Origin: Azolla caroliniana
Taxonomy: Eukaryota > Plantae > Polypodiophyta
DNA: 64,000 nucleotides
NCBI GenBank assembly: GCA_043228905.1
Contig: JBHGNT010000003.1
Location: 15,376,001-15,440,000, forward strand
Direction: 5' to 3'
Under the pieces are notes generated by a model that was not told the origin of the DNA, made no database searches, and worked only from the letters and a program-made list of their open reading frames with translations. The translations under genes and the position numbers were made by a program. Shown here in pieces: positions 12,395 to 22,434 of this stretch; position 1 is the stretch's first letter; every line of letters starts with the position of its first letter.

Positions 12395-14824
12395 CTAGTA
12401 CTTCCCCTTCAGCTTCTCAAATGTCGCCCACGTTCCACGATGTCCAGCCCAAGGGCTGTCGTGGTAGGCCGCCAGTAGCTCCTCCTGTTCTTCCTTCATC
12501 GCCACCACCCGGAGCGGGACGCCGTTCCTCTTCTTCGGGTGCTTCCACAAATGCCCATCTCGGAGAAAGAATCGATATGCTTTCTTCCGGATCCGGTTGG
12601 CCTCGTCCTTCGTCCATGACGCATCGGGCGTCATTGTCTTCAAAAACCCGCCGATCTGCAGCCACTCCCCGTCGTACTTGCTCGCGTCGAACTCGTTAAG
12701 CGCCGGAGTGCTCATCCCGTCGGTCGTTATGTATGCCGCCTCGAAGAAATCCGCGCCGACTTCTTCGTCTTCCGAAACCATGCCGCCCTCGTCGTCGAAC
12801 CTCGCCCTCGAAAGCATGTCGGCCATGGCGTTGTCTTTCCCGGAAATGTGTCGTATTTCCGGGTCCAGGGACTTGATGTACGCTATCCACCTGAGCATCG
12901 CCAGGTCCGGAGTCGCGCACCCGGAAACCATACCGAGAATCGGCAGGCAATCCGTCTCGATGATCACTTCTGTCCCTATCAGGTAGTCTTTGTCGGCCTT
13001 AACCGCCGAAACAATACCCCAGAGTTCGCGTTTAACCTGGGCGTATCCTCGCTGCCGTTCACTGAGGACTTTCGCGCCGAATCGGATCGGAAACCGATTG
13101 CCGTCCTCGTCTTCCTGGTTCACGACCCATCCGATCCCGGTCGGACTGGTATCCACCGTTATGAATACCGGGGTACCCTTCCCGTATACCGCCTTCCGGA
13201 GTGCCGGTGCCGCTGCAAGGGCCTCTTTCAGCTTCCGGACCGATTCCGCGTGCTCGTCTAGCCATTCGAACCTTCGCCCCTTTTTCAGCAACCCGTACAG
13301 TGGCTCCGCAACGTGTGCGTAATGCGGGATCCATATGTGGTAGAACGCGCATGCCCCCAGGAATCTCCGTACTTCCGTGACCGAGCTGCAGTCGGGCTTC
13401 ATCGCGGAGATGGCTTCTACCTTTGCCGGAGACGGTTTCCGGCCATATGGTCCGCACAGGTGTCCGACCACCATGATTTCTGACTGCCCGAAGGCCGACT
13501 TCTCCCCGGAGAAGGTGAGTCTCGCATCCTCTAGCCTTTGCAGCACCTTCTCGCAGTCGTCGATGTGCGTCGCCACGAATCGCCGGCATCCGTCCGGCCC
13601 GATCGTCTCGTCCTTTTCTTCCACCGGGCATCCCTTGATCGGGATGTCGTCCAGAAACGGCATGGTGATGTCCGGGATACAGTCCCTCAGAACCTTGTTC
13701 ATCGCATTCACCATGTGGGCCACCGAGTTGGTCCCTCCTTGCGGCAGTGTACACATCCGAGCTAGGCCGAGGGGAGTTCGCATCGTCGTAATGTCTCTGC
13801 TCTCCACGGCTAGCTGGAACTGGTCGTACCCTGAGTATAGATCCCCGACCGAGTAAATTGACCTTCCGGCGAAGGCCTCCGCGAACTCGTCTATGGTCGG
13901 TCCGATCCCTGCGTTCCGAATGGTCACTCGATTGACCGGCTGCAGGTCCTGGATGAAGCGCAACGAACCGTTTTTCTTCGGTACGGTAAACCATCGATTC
14001 GAATATGGGGCGCTCGACGGCTCGAGAATTCCCATATCAACTTTCTGCCTCAGCAGCTCCATCAACTTCGGGATGTGAGCTCTCGGAACCGGGATTGGCT
14101 TGAGATTCCATGGTACATGCGGTACCGTGAATATCACCATCGGCTCCACGATCGTCGGGTCAACGCACCCGATTTCCTCCGGCGAGAATGCGAAGGCTTT
14201 CCCGTGCCTTCCGAGCATTCTCCGGAACCGGTCTTCCTCCGCCGGCAGTAGGAACCCGCCCCCACCGATCTTGAGCTCTCGGAGCGTCTCGTCGGTGAAG
14301 GTGTGTCCTATGCAGGCCGGATCTCGTAGACTAGGGTCCGATGCAACCCCTTTGACTCTCGACGCGCTGTCCTCCGGTAAGGGTGCCGCGACTGGCCTTA
14401 CCTTCTGGTCCACAGTCTTGTACTTGGTGCTTACGTGGGCCGTCCGAACTGACTCGAGCCCTCGACCGAAGTCCGCGATGACTTCGTACATCTCCTCGGA
14501 ACACACCGGTATCGTCCGGTCTTCATTAAGGCCTTCTTCGACTACCTTTCCCAGCATTCCCAAGGTGTCGTCGAATGAGACCGCCTCCACGGCTCCATTG
14601 ATTTCCTCGTCAGGGCCAAGAACTCCGCACGCTCGAAGTCTCCCCTCCGCCTTTGTCTTCTCTCGGCCGCCGATGCCGACTATCATACACGCTCCGCTGT
14701 CGGAGAACAAAAATTCCCTACCTATGGTACAAGGTTTCTTCGGTTTTATCGTACAGGTGTGGGGTTTTCCCGGGGTGTCCGGACTGTCGCGGCCCCACGC
14801 CTTGGCAGCCCTCTCTAAAAATCC
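12395..14824 (-). CDS. gypsy-A RT-RNase H (open in the -1 frame from slippery site 14818-14824)
   Basis: PYSNRWFTVPKKNGSLRFIQDLQPVN, LPQG, FLDD, VDTS, ADMLSR. Confidence 0.92.
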   Translation of the reverse strand, partial: GFLERAAKAWGRDSPDTPGKPHTCTIKPKKPCTIGREFLFSDSGACMIVGIGGREKTKAEGRLRACGVLGPDEEINGAVEAVSFDDTLGMLGKVVEEGLNEDRTIPVCSEEMYEVIADFGRGLESVRTAHVSTKYKTVDQKVRPVAAPLPEDSASRVKGVASDPSLRDPACIGHTFTDETLRELKIGGGGFLLPAEEDRFRRMLGRHGKAFAFSPEEIGCVDPTIVEPMVIFTVPHVPWNLKPIPVPRAHIPKLMELLRQKVDMGILEPSSAPYSNRWFTVPKKNGSLRFIQDLQPVNRVTIRNAGIGPTIDEFAEAFAGRSIYSVGDLYSGYDQFQLAVESRDITTMRTPLGLARMCTLPQGGTNSVAHMVNAMNKVLRDCIPDITMPFLDDIPIKGCPVEEKDETIGPDGCRRFVATHIDDCEKVLQRLEDARLTFSGEKSAFGQSEIMVVGHLCGPYGRKPSPAKVEAISAMKPDCSSVTEVRRFLGACAFYHIWIPHYAHVAEPLYGLLKKGRRFEWLDEHAESVRKLKEALAAAPALRKAVYGKGTPVFITVDTSPTGIGWVVNQEDEDGNRFPIRFGAKVLSERQRGYAQVKRELWGIVSAVKADKDYLIGTEVIIETDCLPILGMVSGCATPDLAMLRWIAYIKSLDPEIRHISGKDNAMADMLSRARFDDEGGMVSEDEEVGADFFEAAYITTDGMSTPALNEFDASKYDGEWLQIGGFLKTMTPDASWTKDEANRIRKKAYRFFLRDGHLWKHPKKRNGVPLRVVAMKEEQEELLAAYHDSPWAGHRGTWATFEKLKGKY

Positions 14825-16968
14825 TCTCGGTTATCGGAACCGAGGGAGTCGCGGTTACGCTCGTGGTTCGGCCTAACCGTCAAAAACTGGACCGAATGGC
14901 GCCCGTCCTGGCTCTTGACCCGCGCATAGGCCGAACCATTGTCCAGCACCTTGGTCTCCATTCGCGCCGCCGTGATGTACAGCTCTCCCAGTATGACCGG
15001 ATGCGAAGACGTCTCCTGCACGAAGAAGTGCTGGTCAATCTCGACGTCGCCGATCTTGACTCGCACATTCGGACAGGCCCCGTGCAGTTCCTCGGTGGCG
15101 CGCGTTGCTGCCCTTATTTTCCACCCGTGCTTGGTGTTGATCGGCCATTTGCCCTTCTTATAGAAGTCCATGGACATCAAATTGATCTCCGATCCGTGGT
15201 CTACCAACGCTATCACCGGTTCCTGAACATCGCCGATCTTCACCGGGGTTTCCGTGGTCGCTCGGGCCCAGTGCGGTCTCGAATAGTGGCTTTCCGCCCA
15301 CTCGTCTCCCAGCGCCATGTCGTCTAGGTGCGTCGTCCGCACTTCCACCGGTCTTTCCGGTTCTGTCTCCGTTGACAGCCTCTTCCGTTTCACCAAGTCC
15401 ACGATGGAGTCGTGGAACTCCTTCTTGGCGATTCCCAGCACCTCCCGTAGCGACAGCTCCACCTTGCTGTCGAGGATCCGTTCCTCCAGGACCTTTCGTA
15501 AGTCAGTGGTTCTTTCTATCTCCGTCCCCAGACGGTACCCGCCCTTCTGGGGTTTATCTTGCGTACCGGCCCCGCCGGCTTCGTCCCGTCGTGGCCCGGA
15601 CCGGGTCTCGTATCGTTGTGAGGGCCCGGTCGTCCCGGGTTTCCCCACCCGCTTCTCTTCTACCAGAGCCTCGTAGTTCCGGCAAGCGGCTTCCACGAAG
15701 CCCGTCTTTTCCTCGACCGGGTCGCTCCACCCGGTCATCTCCCGTACCCGTTTCTCCGCACGGTCCGATTCCTCCCTCTTCATCCTCGTATCGGCAAGGC
15801 CTTCCAGCACCGTCGGCCAGAATCCGGCTTTGCTTCCTCTTCGGGCCTCGTTGCCCCCGACTCGAATACCGGCCGACGCCGAGTAGTGGACGGTTTCCGC
15901 ATGTCGGGCCGCCGCCTCTTCCATCAACCTCTTCATTCCGCCTCGCCCGTCGTTTCGGTTTAGGGCCCTTCTCGTGTCGTTGGCGTGAACCCGGCCTTCC
16001 CATAGGTATACCACCCGGTTCCTCAACGCCTCTGCGAAGTCGCCGCAGTCCTTCCGAATGTGGCCGACTTCATCGCACCACATGCACCTGTTTCCTGCCG
16101 CCGGCCGTCGGTCACGAGCCGGTTCGCCTCCTTCCCTTCGGGCCTGCGCGATTTGGAGGTCCTTTATCGCCTTCGTCAATTCCTCCAGCGCCGCTCCTCC
16201 GGTTGAGCCTCTGACTACGCCGGTCGAAGCCGAACCGGTATCCAACCACTCCCGAGTCTCTTCCCTTCGCACCTGCGGCGCCGGTTCGAGCTTCCTTGCT
16301 ACGACCGAGCCCGACCCGGTTGCACCGTTATCCGCCCATTCTCGCCGTTTGTCGAAACGGCCACAGACCTTCCTGACAGCCGCCCAGTCGGTAGTGAGGC
16401 CGTCTTCGGTTTCCAGCAAGAGGCCCACGTGCTCCCGATCCCGTTCGTCGACCGATTTGACAAACAGCAAGACCCGGCTCGTGTCCAGGATGGTTCGGTC
16501 GAGCGCCGAAAGGCGCGCAAAGTTTTCCTCGAACTCCCGGAGGAGTGCCGAAGCGTTTCTTCCCTTCCCCGGGGACTCCACCCATTCCATGAACCTTCGC
16601 TTCGAAAGCCGGAGCGCGTCGTCCAGCCCGTATTTCTCTAGGAGCCGACCTTCGAACTCCTCCCAGGTACGGCTCTCCGCCCGCACCTCGAGCACCTCCG
16701 CATGGATGCTCGGCATCGCCACTCGCGGAAATCCGGCAAGACGCCTTTCTTCCGGAATGTCCCGCATCAACATTTCTGCACCGTAGGACGCCAGATACTT
16801 CGTGGCATCCCTCCCATCGAACCGGCCGATCGTGCCGACGACCGCCTCAATAGCTCTGTCGAGGGCACCGGTGCCCTCGCGCGCGTTTACAATCCGATCC
16901 ACGGCCGAAGCCATGGCCTCTGCGAGATCCGACCCCCTCATCTTCTGCTCTTCTGCCGCCTCTTTCAC
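14815..16968 (-). CDS. gypsy-A Gag-protease
   Basis: CMWCDEVGHIRKDC knuckle; ALVDHGSEINLM aspartic protease; VILG. Confidence 0.9.
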   Translation of the reverse strand: MKEAAEEQKMRGSDLAEAMASAVDRIVNAREGTGALDRAIEAVVGTIGRFDGRDATKYLASYGAEMLMRDIPEERRLAGFPRVAMPSIHAEVLEVRAESRTWEEFEGRLLEKYGLDDALRLSKRRFMEWVESPGKGRNASALLREFEENFARLSALDRTILDTSRVLLFVKSVDERDREHVGLLLETEDGLTTDWAAVRKVCGRFDKRREWADNGATGSGSVVARKLEPAPQVRREETREWLDTGSASTGVVRGSTGGAALEELTKAIKDLQIAQARREGGEPARDRRPAAGNRCMWCDEVGHIRKDCGDFAEALRNRVVYLWEGRVHANDTRRALNRNDGRGGMKRLMEEAAARHAETVHYSASAGIRVGGNEARRGSKAGFWPTVLEGLADTRMKREESDRAEKRVREMTGWSDPVEEKTGFVEAACRNYEALVEEKRVGKPGTTGPSQRYETRSGPRRDEAGGAGTQDKPQKGGYRLGTEIERTTDLRKVLEERILDSKVELSLREVLGIAKKEFHDSIVDLVKRKRLSTETEPERPVEVRTTHLDDMALGDEWAESHYSRPHWARATTETPVKIGDVQEPVIALVDHGSEINLMSMDFYKKGKWPINTKHGWKIRAATRATEELHGACPNVRVKIGDVEIDQHFFVQETSSHPVILGELYITAARMETKVLDNGSAYARVKSQDGRHSVQFLTVRPNHERNRDSLGSDNREDF

Positions 16969-18741
16969 GTCGGGTTCACCAAGATGTCGGGGTTGCTACG
17001 CCCTTGCGTGCAGAAAGGAGGAGGGACCACGGGGGTCTTGGACCGAAGAGCAAGAGAGAGAGACCCGATTACACAGAACCGAAGATTGCACAGGGACACG
17101 GCCCAACAAACAGAGATCACAAATAAACGCCGACGCAGATGGACGCAACAACGAAAGACATGTACTTATGAATGCAAGAAAATAACAGACTAAAGTATTA
17201 CAACCCACGGTGGGGCACGAAATAGATACTAACGAAAACGAACAGGGCGGCGAACAGATGCCGACCCCTGTATGTCGCGACGCACAGAAAGGGAAAACAG
17301 GGCGGAGGTGCTGCAAGACGCACTCGGGGCGTTCCACGGAACAGCGCAAGCCTGTTCGAAACCTGCACGGGTACGCGATGGAGCAGAAGACAGAGAAAGC
17401 AGGAGTGAGAGAGAAGCTCCGAAATCGGTTCGGCAGCACTTCGTCCTCTCCGCGCGAGATGCCTGCAACAGCTCTTTCCTGCTCCTTATATAGGCCGATG
17501 AGCAGGCCGTCATGTCAGCTTTATTCCCTGCCCCTTTTGGACAGGGATCCGCTCCGTTTTTCACGCATCCGCGTAGTTACGCCGCCGACTCGTACAGTTC
17601 GCGCGCGCGACTGAAAAGACTGTTCGCGCGGTCTTTGTCCCCACTTGAGTTAGGGCCCGTTCCTGCCGATTATCCTCCTAATTCGCTTCTATGTACAACT
17701 TGGAGCGTGCGCGCGTGAAGAACCGGTTCCCACGCCTTGGTGCGCCGATTCCGCCTATGGACGGTTTTCTTCACGACAGCGGCACTTCACCAAAATGCTT
17801 GTTGTTCAACATCTCCACGTGCCACACTTGAGGGGGAGAACGGGCAAAGACATTGGAACGAACAAAGGCAAAGAAATTGCCGATTGCGCCGGTGAGGGAA
17901 GAACCGACAAAGAGAGAGACAAGAAGAAGAAAGGAGCTGAGTCGACAAAGGAAGTTGACACATCCGAACAAGTCCGACCAAGCGGCAGCGGCGGCAAAGT
18001 CAAGAAGGACAAAGCTGACCGGAAGAAGAAGGCCAAGACCCGGACATGGTCCGATGTGGAGAAGGGCCTGGAATTGGAAGACGAATCGGGAGCGACCGAT
18101 TCGGACAAGAGCTGGAATGAATCGGAGATAGCCGTTTCGGTTCAATAGACGGATTCGGAAGAACCGAATCAATTCAAGGACGAGAGGACGAGAAGGCAGC
18201 GAAACTCGACACCAACACGAAGGAATCAGCGAATCGGCAAGCGCCAAAGTCACAACAACGAGGGAGCTGAATTGGGCCTGTTGAGTTGGGGAGCCAGTTA
18301 GCCGGATCCACAGTAACCGGAAGCCTAGTAACAACCTAGACTACTAGGTAGTTAATGTCTCGTAGTTAGTGTCAGACACTCGTGTGAGCATTGAGGTACA
18401 CCATACTTCTATTAGTCCTCTTAGGACTTGTATAAATAGTGTTGTTGAGCACGTTGTATGTACAGAAAATTTTACAAAGTTGTTGATAATATATTTAAGT
18501 TGTTCTGGCCTTTCTCTGTCTCTTCTGCATACCTTTTGTGTGTTAAAATCTCTCTCTCTCTGTTGCTATCCGGCGAAGCCAGTTGTCTAACGCTTCCGCA
18601 CCTTTATTTTTACAGTATTCCCGCTCATACGCGGACGAAGTTCGTTGCAACCCGTGTACTCACGATGAAGCGGGGCCTCCTTTTCGACATTCGGGTCCAT
18701 GCTCCGAACGAGTTTTACAATCGATGCTCCAACATGAGGAT

Positions 18742-18813
18742 GTCGTTGTAGTTTAGTGGTGAGTATTCCCGCCTGTCACACGGGTGACCCGGGTTCGATC
18801 CCCAACAAAGACG
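18742..18813 (+). tRNA. tRNA-Asp(GTC)-like, probable pseudogene
   Basis: GTCGTTGTAG..TAGTGGTGAGTATTCCCGCCTGTCAC..GGGTTCGATCCCC; stem mismatches; no oligo-T terminator. Confidence 0.8.
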
Positions 18814-19180
18814 CAAAGGGCGGGGCGAATACGATGTCATCTCGTAGGGCATTCCCGCCTAAGATCCCACATCCCCTTTCGAGCCCTTGGGGGGTACAGA
18901 CAGTCATCTGCGAGGCAGGATGCATGTCATCATATGATCTCTCGTCCGACTGCACTCTTGGGTATTGCCACCCATAAGCTGACGAATTTCGTTGCAACCC
19001 CTGGATGAATTTCGTTGCAACTGATGAAACCAGGCCTCCGACTGCACTCTTGTGTGTGGCTGCCCATAAGCGACGAATTTCGTTGCAACCCGTGTACTGT
19101 TGAAGAAATCGGGCCTCGTTTTCGACATTCAGGTCCATGCTTCGAACGAATTGTACAATTGATACTTCCAATACGAGGAT

Positions 19181-19252
19181 GCCGTTGTAGTATAGTGGTG
19201 AGTATATCCGCCTATCACGCGGGTGACCCGGGTTCGATCCACGGCAACAGCG
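19181..19252 (+). tRNA. tRNA-Asp-like pseudogene (anticodon ATC)
   Basis: Matches plant cytosolic tRNA-Asp; CCTATCACG loop. Confidence 0.8.
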
Positions 19253-19898
19253 CGAACGGCGAGGCAAATCCGATGTCATCTCCTAGGGCATTGCCGCCTC
19301 GGATCCCGCACCGCCATATCCTCAATGCTTTCCTCTCTCCCCCGGATTCTCTACCCCTTTCGAGCCCTTGCAGGGTACAATCAATCGTCACCAACGCAAG
19401 GCGCATATCACTAGATGGTCTCGTCCGAGTGCAGTCGTGGGTATTCCCGCTCATACTCGGACGATGTTTGTTGCAACCCATGTACTGACGACGAAGCAAG
19501 GCCTCATTTTCGACATTCAGGTCCATGCTCCGAACGAGTTTTACAATCGCTGCTTCCAACACGATGATGTCGTTGTAGGCAACTGCGCAAAGGCTGGGGC
19601 GAATCCGATGTCATCTCCTAGGGCATTGCCGCCTTGGATCCCGCACAACCATATCATCAATGGTTTCCTCTCTCCTTGGGATCCTCTACCCCTTTCGAGC
19701 CCTTGGGGTACAGTCAGTCGTATGCGAGGCATGGCACATGTCATCATATGATCTCTCGTCTGACTGCACTCCTATGCATTGCCGCCCATAAGCGGACGAC
19801 TGCAACCCCTGTACTGACCGATGAAGCCAGTCCGCGGTTTCAACATTCGGGTCCATGCTCCGAACGAGTTGTACGATCGATACTTCCAACACGAGGAT

Positions 19899-19970
19899 GT
19901 CATTGTAGTATAGTGGTGAGTATTCCCGCCTATCACGGGGGTGACCCGGGTTCGATCCCTGGCAACTGCG
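19899..19970 (+). tRNA. tRNA-Asp-like pseudogene (anticodon ATC)
   Basis: As above; A and B boxes intact. Confidence 0.8.
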
Positions 19971-20252
19971 CGAAGGGCGGGGCGAATACGATGTCATCTT
20001 GTAGGGCATTGCTGCCTAGGATCCCGCATCTCCATATCTTGAATGCTTTCCTCGTTCCCCCGTATCCTCTACCCCCTTCGAGCCCTTGGGGGGTACAGTC
20101 GGTCGTCCGTGAGGCAGGACGCATGTCACCATATGATCTCTCGTCCGACTACACTCCTGGGCATTGTTGCCCATAAGCGAATGAATTTTGTTACAACCCC
20201 TGTACTGACGACAAAGCCGGGCCTCCGTTTCGACATTCAGGTCCATGATCCG

Positions 20253-20312
20253 TGTAGTGTGAATATTCCCGCCTGTCACGCGGGTTACCCGGGCTCGATC
20301 CCCGGCAAACGC
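20253..20312 (+). tRNA. 5'-damaged tRNA-Asp(GTC)-like pseudogene
   Basis: TATTCCCGCCTGTCACGCGGG..CCCGGGCTCGATCCCCGGCAA. Confidence 0.7.
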
Positions 20313-20604
20313 CACGAAGAGCGGGGCAAATCTGAGGGCATTGCCGCCTGGGATCCCTTACCGCCATATCCAGCATGCTTTTCTCTTTCCCCCAGATCCT
20401 ATGATTTAGAGCTATGTGGATGCCCTCCCTCCGCGTAGTCCCTCACCTTTTAGTTGTATATATCTATTTCTCTCCATCTTTGCATAGCTACGTATACACG
20501 GCTTTAGCGCTTCATTCACCCAGTCTATTTTGTCAAAACTTACTTTCTTTGTAATGCAAACAACCACTGGGGGAAGGTCTGATCCCTCCCCGATAGGTTT
20601 TCGT

Positions 20605-20787
<183 letters not shown>

Positions 20788-21360
20788 TAATCGTGGCAGA
20801 GAAAGGCCCGTAGAATAGGAAATGCGAAGCGTTTTCTAGAAAAAAAATAGCAAGTGGATGAAAATCACCTTCAGGCTAAGGTATGCTTAGAAAAAAAGAC
20901 AAGCTTAACATGTAGCAGAATTGGAAAGTTGACAAAAACAGACACCCACTACGGTAATGAACGACAAGGACTTCCGATGACTAAAACATGTTCGTCATGT
21001 AGACAATCCTTTCATCGGAGTAACCGCTCTACTTTTCTTGACGGGGACCCCCCTTAGGCCTTTGTAGGCATGAGGTATCTCTACATTATTCTATTACTTG
21101 TCAGTACAGCAATAAGCATATTTTTTTGGCGGGCAAGCAGGCACGCAGTAAGACGACATGGTTCTCCAATCTACCCAAACATAAGTAGCGGGGAAAGATG
21201 ATAAAAGGCAAAAACCACTTGAGTAAAACAATTTTTCATATTCTTTCCTTTACCTTTCATAGCAACTAAGGATCAAAGAGCACCGAATTTAATGAGTCGT
21301 ACAAGAAAAGCCAAAATAGGGACATGATATTGAAAGTGTAATAATATATGTGGTCAAGTC

Positions 21361-21443
21361 CCATAAACCCCTGGAGAAGATATAGCAAATGGATAGAATG
21401 TACCTACATTTGGATCCGACAATACCATACCATAATCAGAAAG
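21361..21443 (-). pseudogene. nad1: NUMT: nad1 exon fragment, unedited
   Basis: [25 protein letters not shown] vs conserved [25 protein letters not shown]. Confidence 0.9.
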
Positions 21444-21686
21444 TGTAACAGCCCGATGGGCGACTATTCCACACAGTTCGGAGAGCACAACTACGAGCAC
21501 TTCTCCTCGGCAGAAGCTTGACTCTATCTTTGAGCGCGGTAGAATGAAGACGTGTAAAAGTCAAAGTCTCTGGGATTATTGCACGTAAATCTGTCCACGA
21601 ACCTATTTAAACAAGGTTAAAAGCAATGGATAGCCTAGTCCCTATAGGTCGTGGTCAACGAGAACTAATAATCGGCGACCGATAAA
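21444..21686 (+). pseudogene. atp1: NUMT: 3' end of a group II intron (atp1i361g2 position) and atp1 exon from 21528
   Basis: Intron ends GACTCTAT; exon LSAVE*RRVKVKVSGIIARKSVHEP..DSLVPIGRGQRELIIGDR. Confidence 0.92.
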
Positions 21687-22434
21687 TTCATAACGGAACA
21701 TTCTCCCGCACGTACCAGACGAGCAAAGGAGCGGAAGCTGAGAAAGAGCTTTGCGCTTTATCCCAACATCTTCCTTGGGCCCCGCAACAAACAGTTACAA
21801 ATTGAAAGGATATGGGTGAAACATCTACACCCAAGACGTCGTTAAGACTAGCGTTAAGACAGAACAAAAGAGAACATGTCGTTGCCGTCGTCATATCCTA
21901 TATGTCGATTAGTAATATCCGCTCTGCTGTGTTACCGGCCTGCAAGAAGGCTTAAGGAGGTCCAAACCAGAGCGTGAAAGGAATAGTTATTCGGGAACTG
22001 TTGTAATTAGTAGTCTTAATATATATATTAATATATAAGAAGATGTGGACGGACGGACCGGAATCGGTATGCCGATCCGGATCCGGAATGATCCCGTAAA
22101 GGTGCCGGTTGGCACCATTTTGTATTTCGCACCGGAGACCTATATAAAGGCCCGGTTACAATGTAATCAGGAGCGGATAATTAATAAAGCTTATTGTCTT
22201 AATCTTCCAGTGTTGATTACCGTTCTATATTCATTGTTATATCTTACACGTGTTAATTACGGATTGCTAAGTAACCAATTAAGGTCTAATTAAGCGTTGT
22301 GTCGTAAATCATTCTGCCGTACCACCCTTTGGTAAAGTGTCTTAAGGGGACACCCTGTGTTAGGCTGTTGTCCGGCCCTAGCAATAACACAGTTTTTGGC
22401 GACCACGATTCCTGCATAATCGTGGCAAGAATGG

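Larger units (their letters stand above)
10461..17778 (-). mobile_element. Full-length young Ty3/gypsy (gypsy-A), tRNA-Trp primed, 4-bp TSD GCGG
   Basis: 794-bp LTRs at 10461-11254 and 16985-17778 (2 differences seen); PBS TGGTGAACCCGACGTGA at 16965-16981; PPT-like GGTGGGGGCGGA; TSD at 10457-10460 and 17779-17782. Confidence 0.97.
9233..18614 (+). mobile_element. 5'-truncated Ty1/copia (copia-B): RT-RNase H 9233-10460, resumed at 17783 after gypsy-A; 3' tail and partial LTR ~18279-18614
   Basis: [38 protein letters not shown]; reading continues across the GCGG TSD; LTR end ...TTTTACA resembles 53342-53788. Confidence 0.85.
18615..20400 (+). repeat. Degenerate tandem array (~350-440-bp units), each unit containing a tRNA-Asp-derived sequence
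   Basis: Spacer motifs (TTTCGACATTCAGGTCCATG, CCCTTTCGAGCCCTTGGG, GTTGCAACCC) recur with five tRNA-like copies. Confidence 0.92.

Noticed and set aside
11408-17200. Numerous overlapping antisense ORFs in the GC-rich gypsy and copia bodies
   Set aside because: Shadow ORFs expected from GC-rich codon usage; no domain motifs
18615-20400. tRNA array as a Cassandra-like TRIM tandem or retroposed CCA-tailed tRNAs
   Set aside because: No TG..CA LTR/PBS/PPT layout found; bases after the tRNA are CGAA/CAAA, not a consistent CCA
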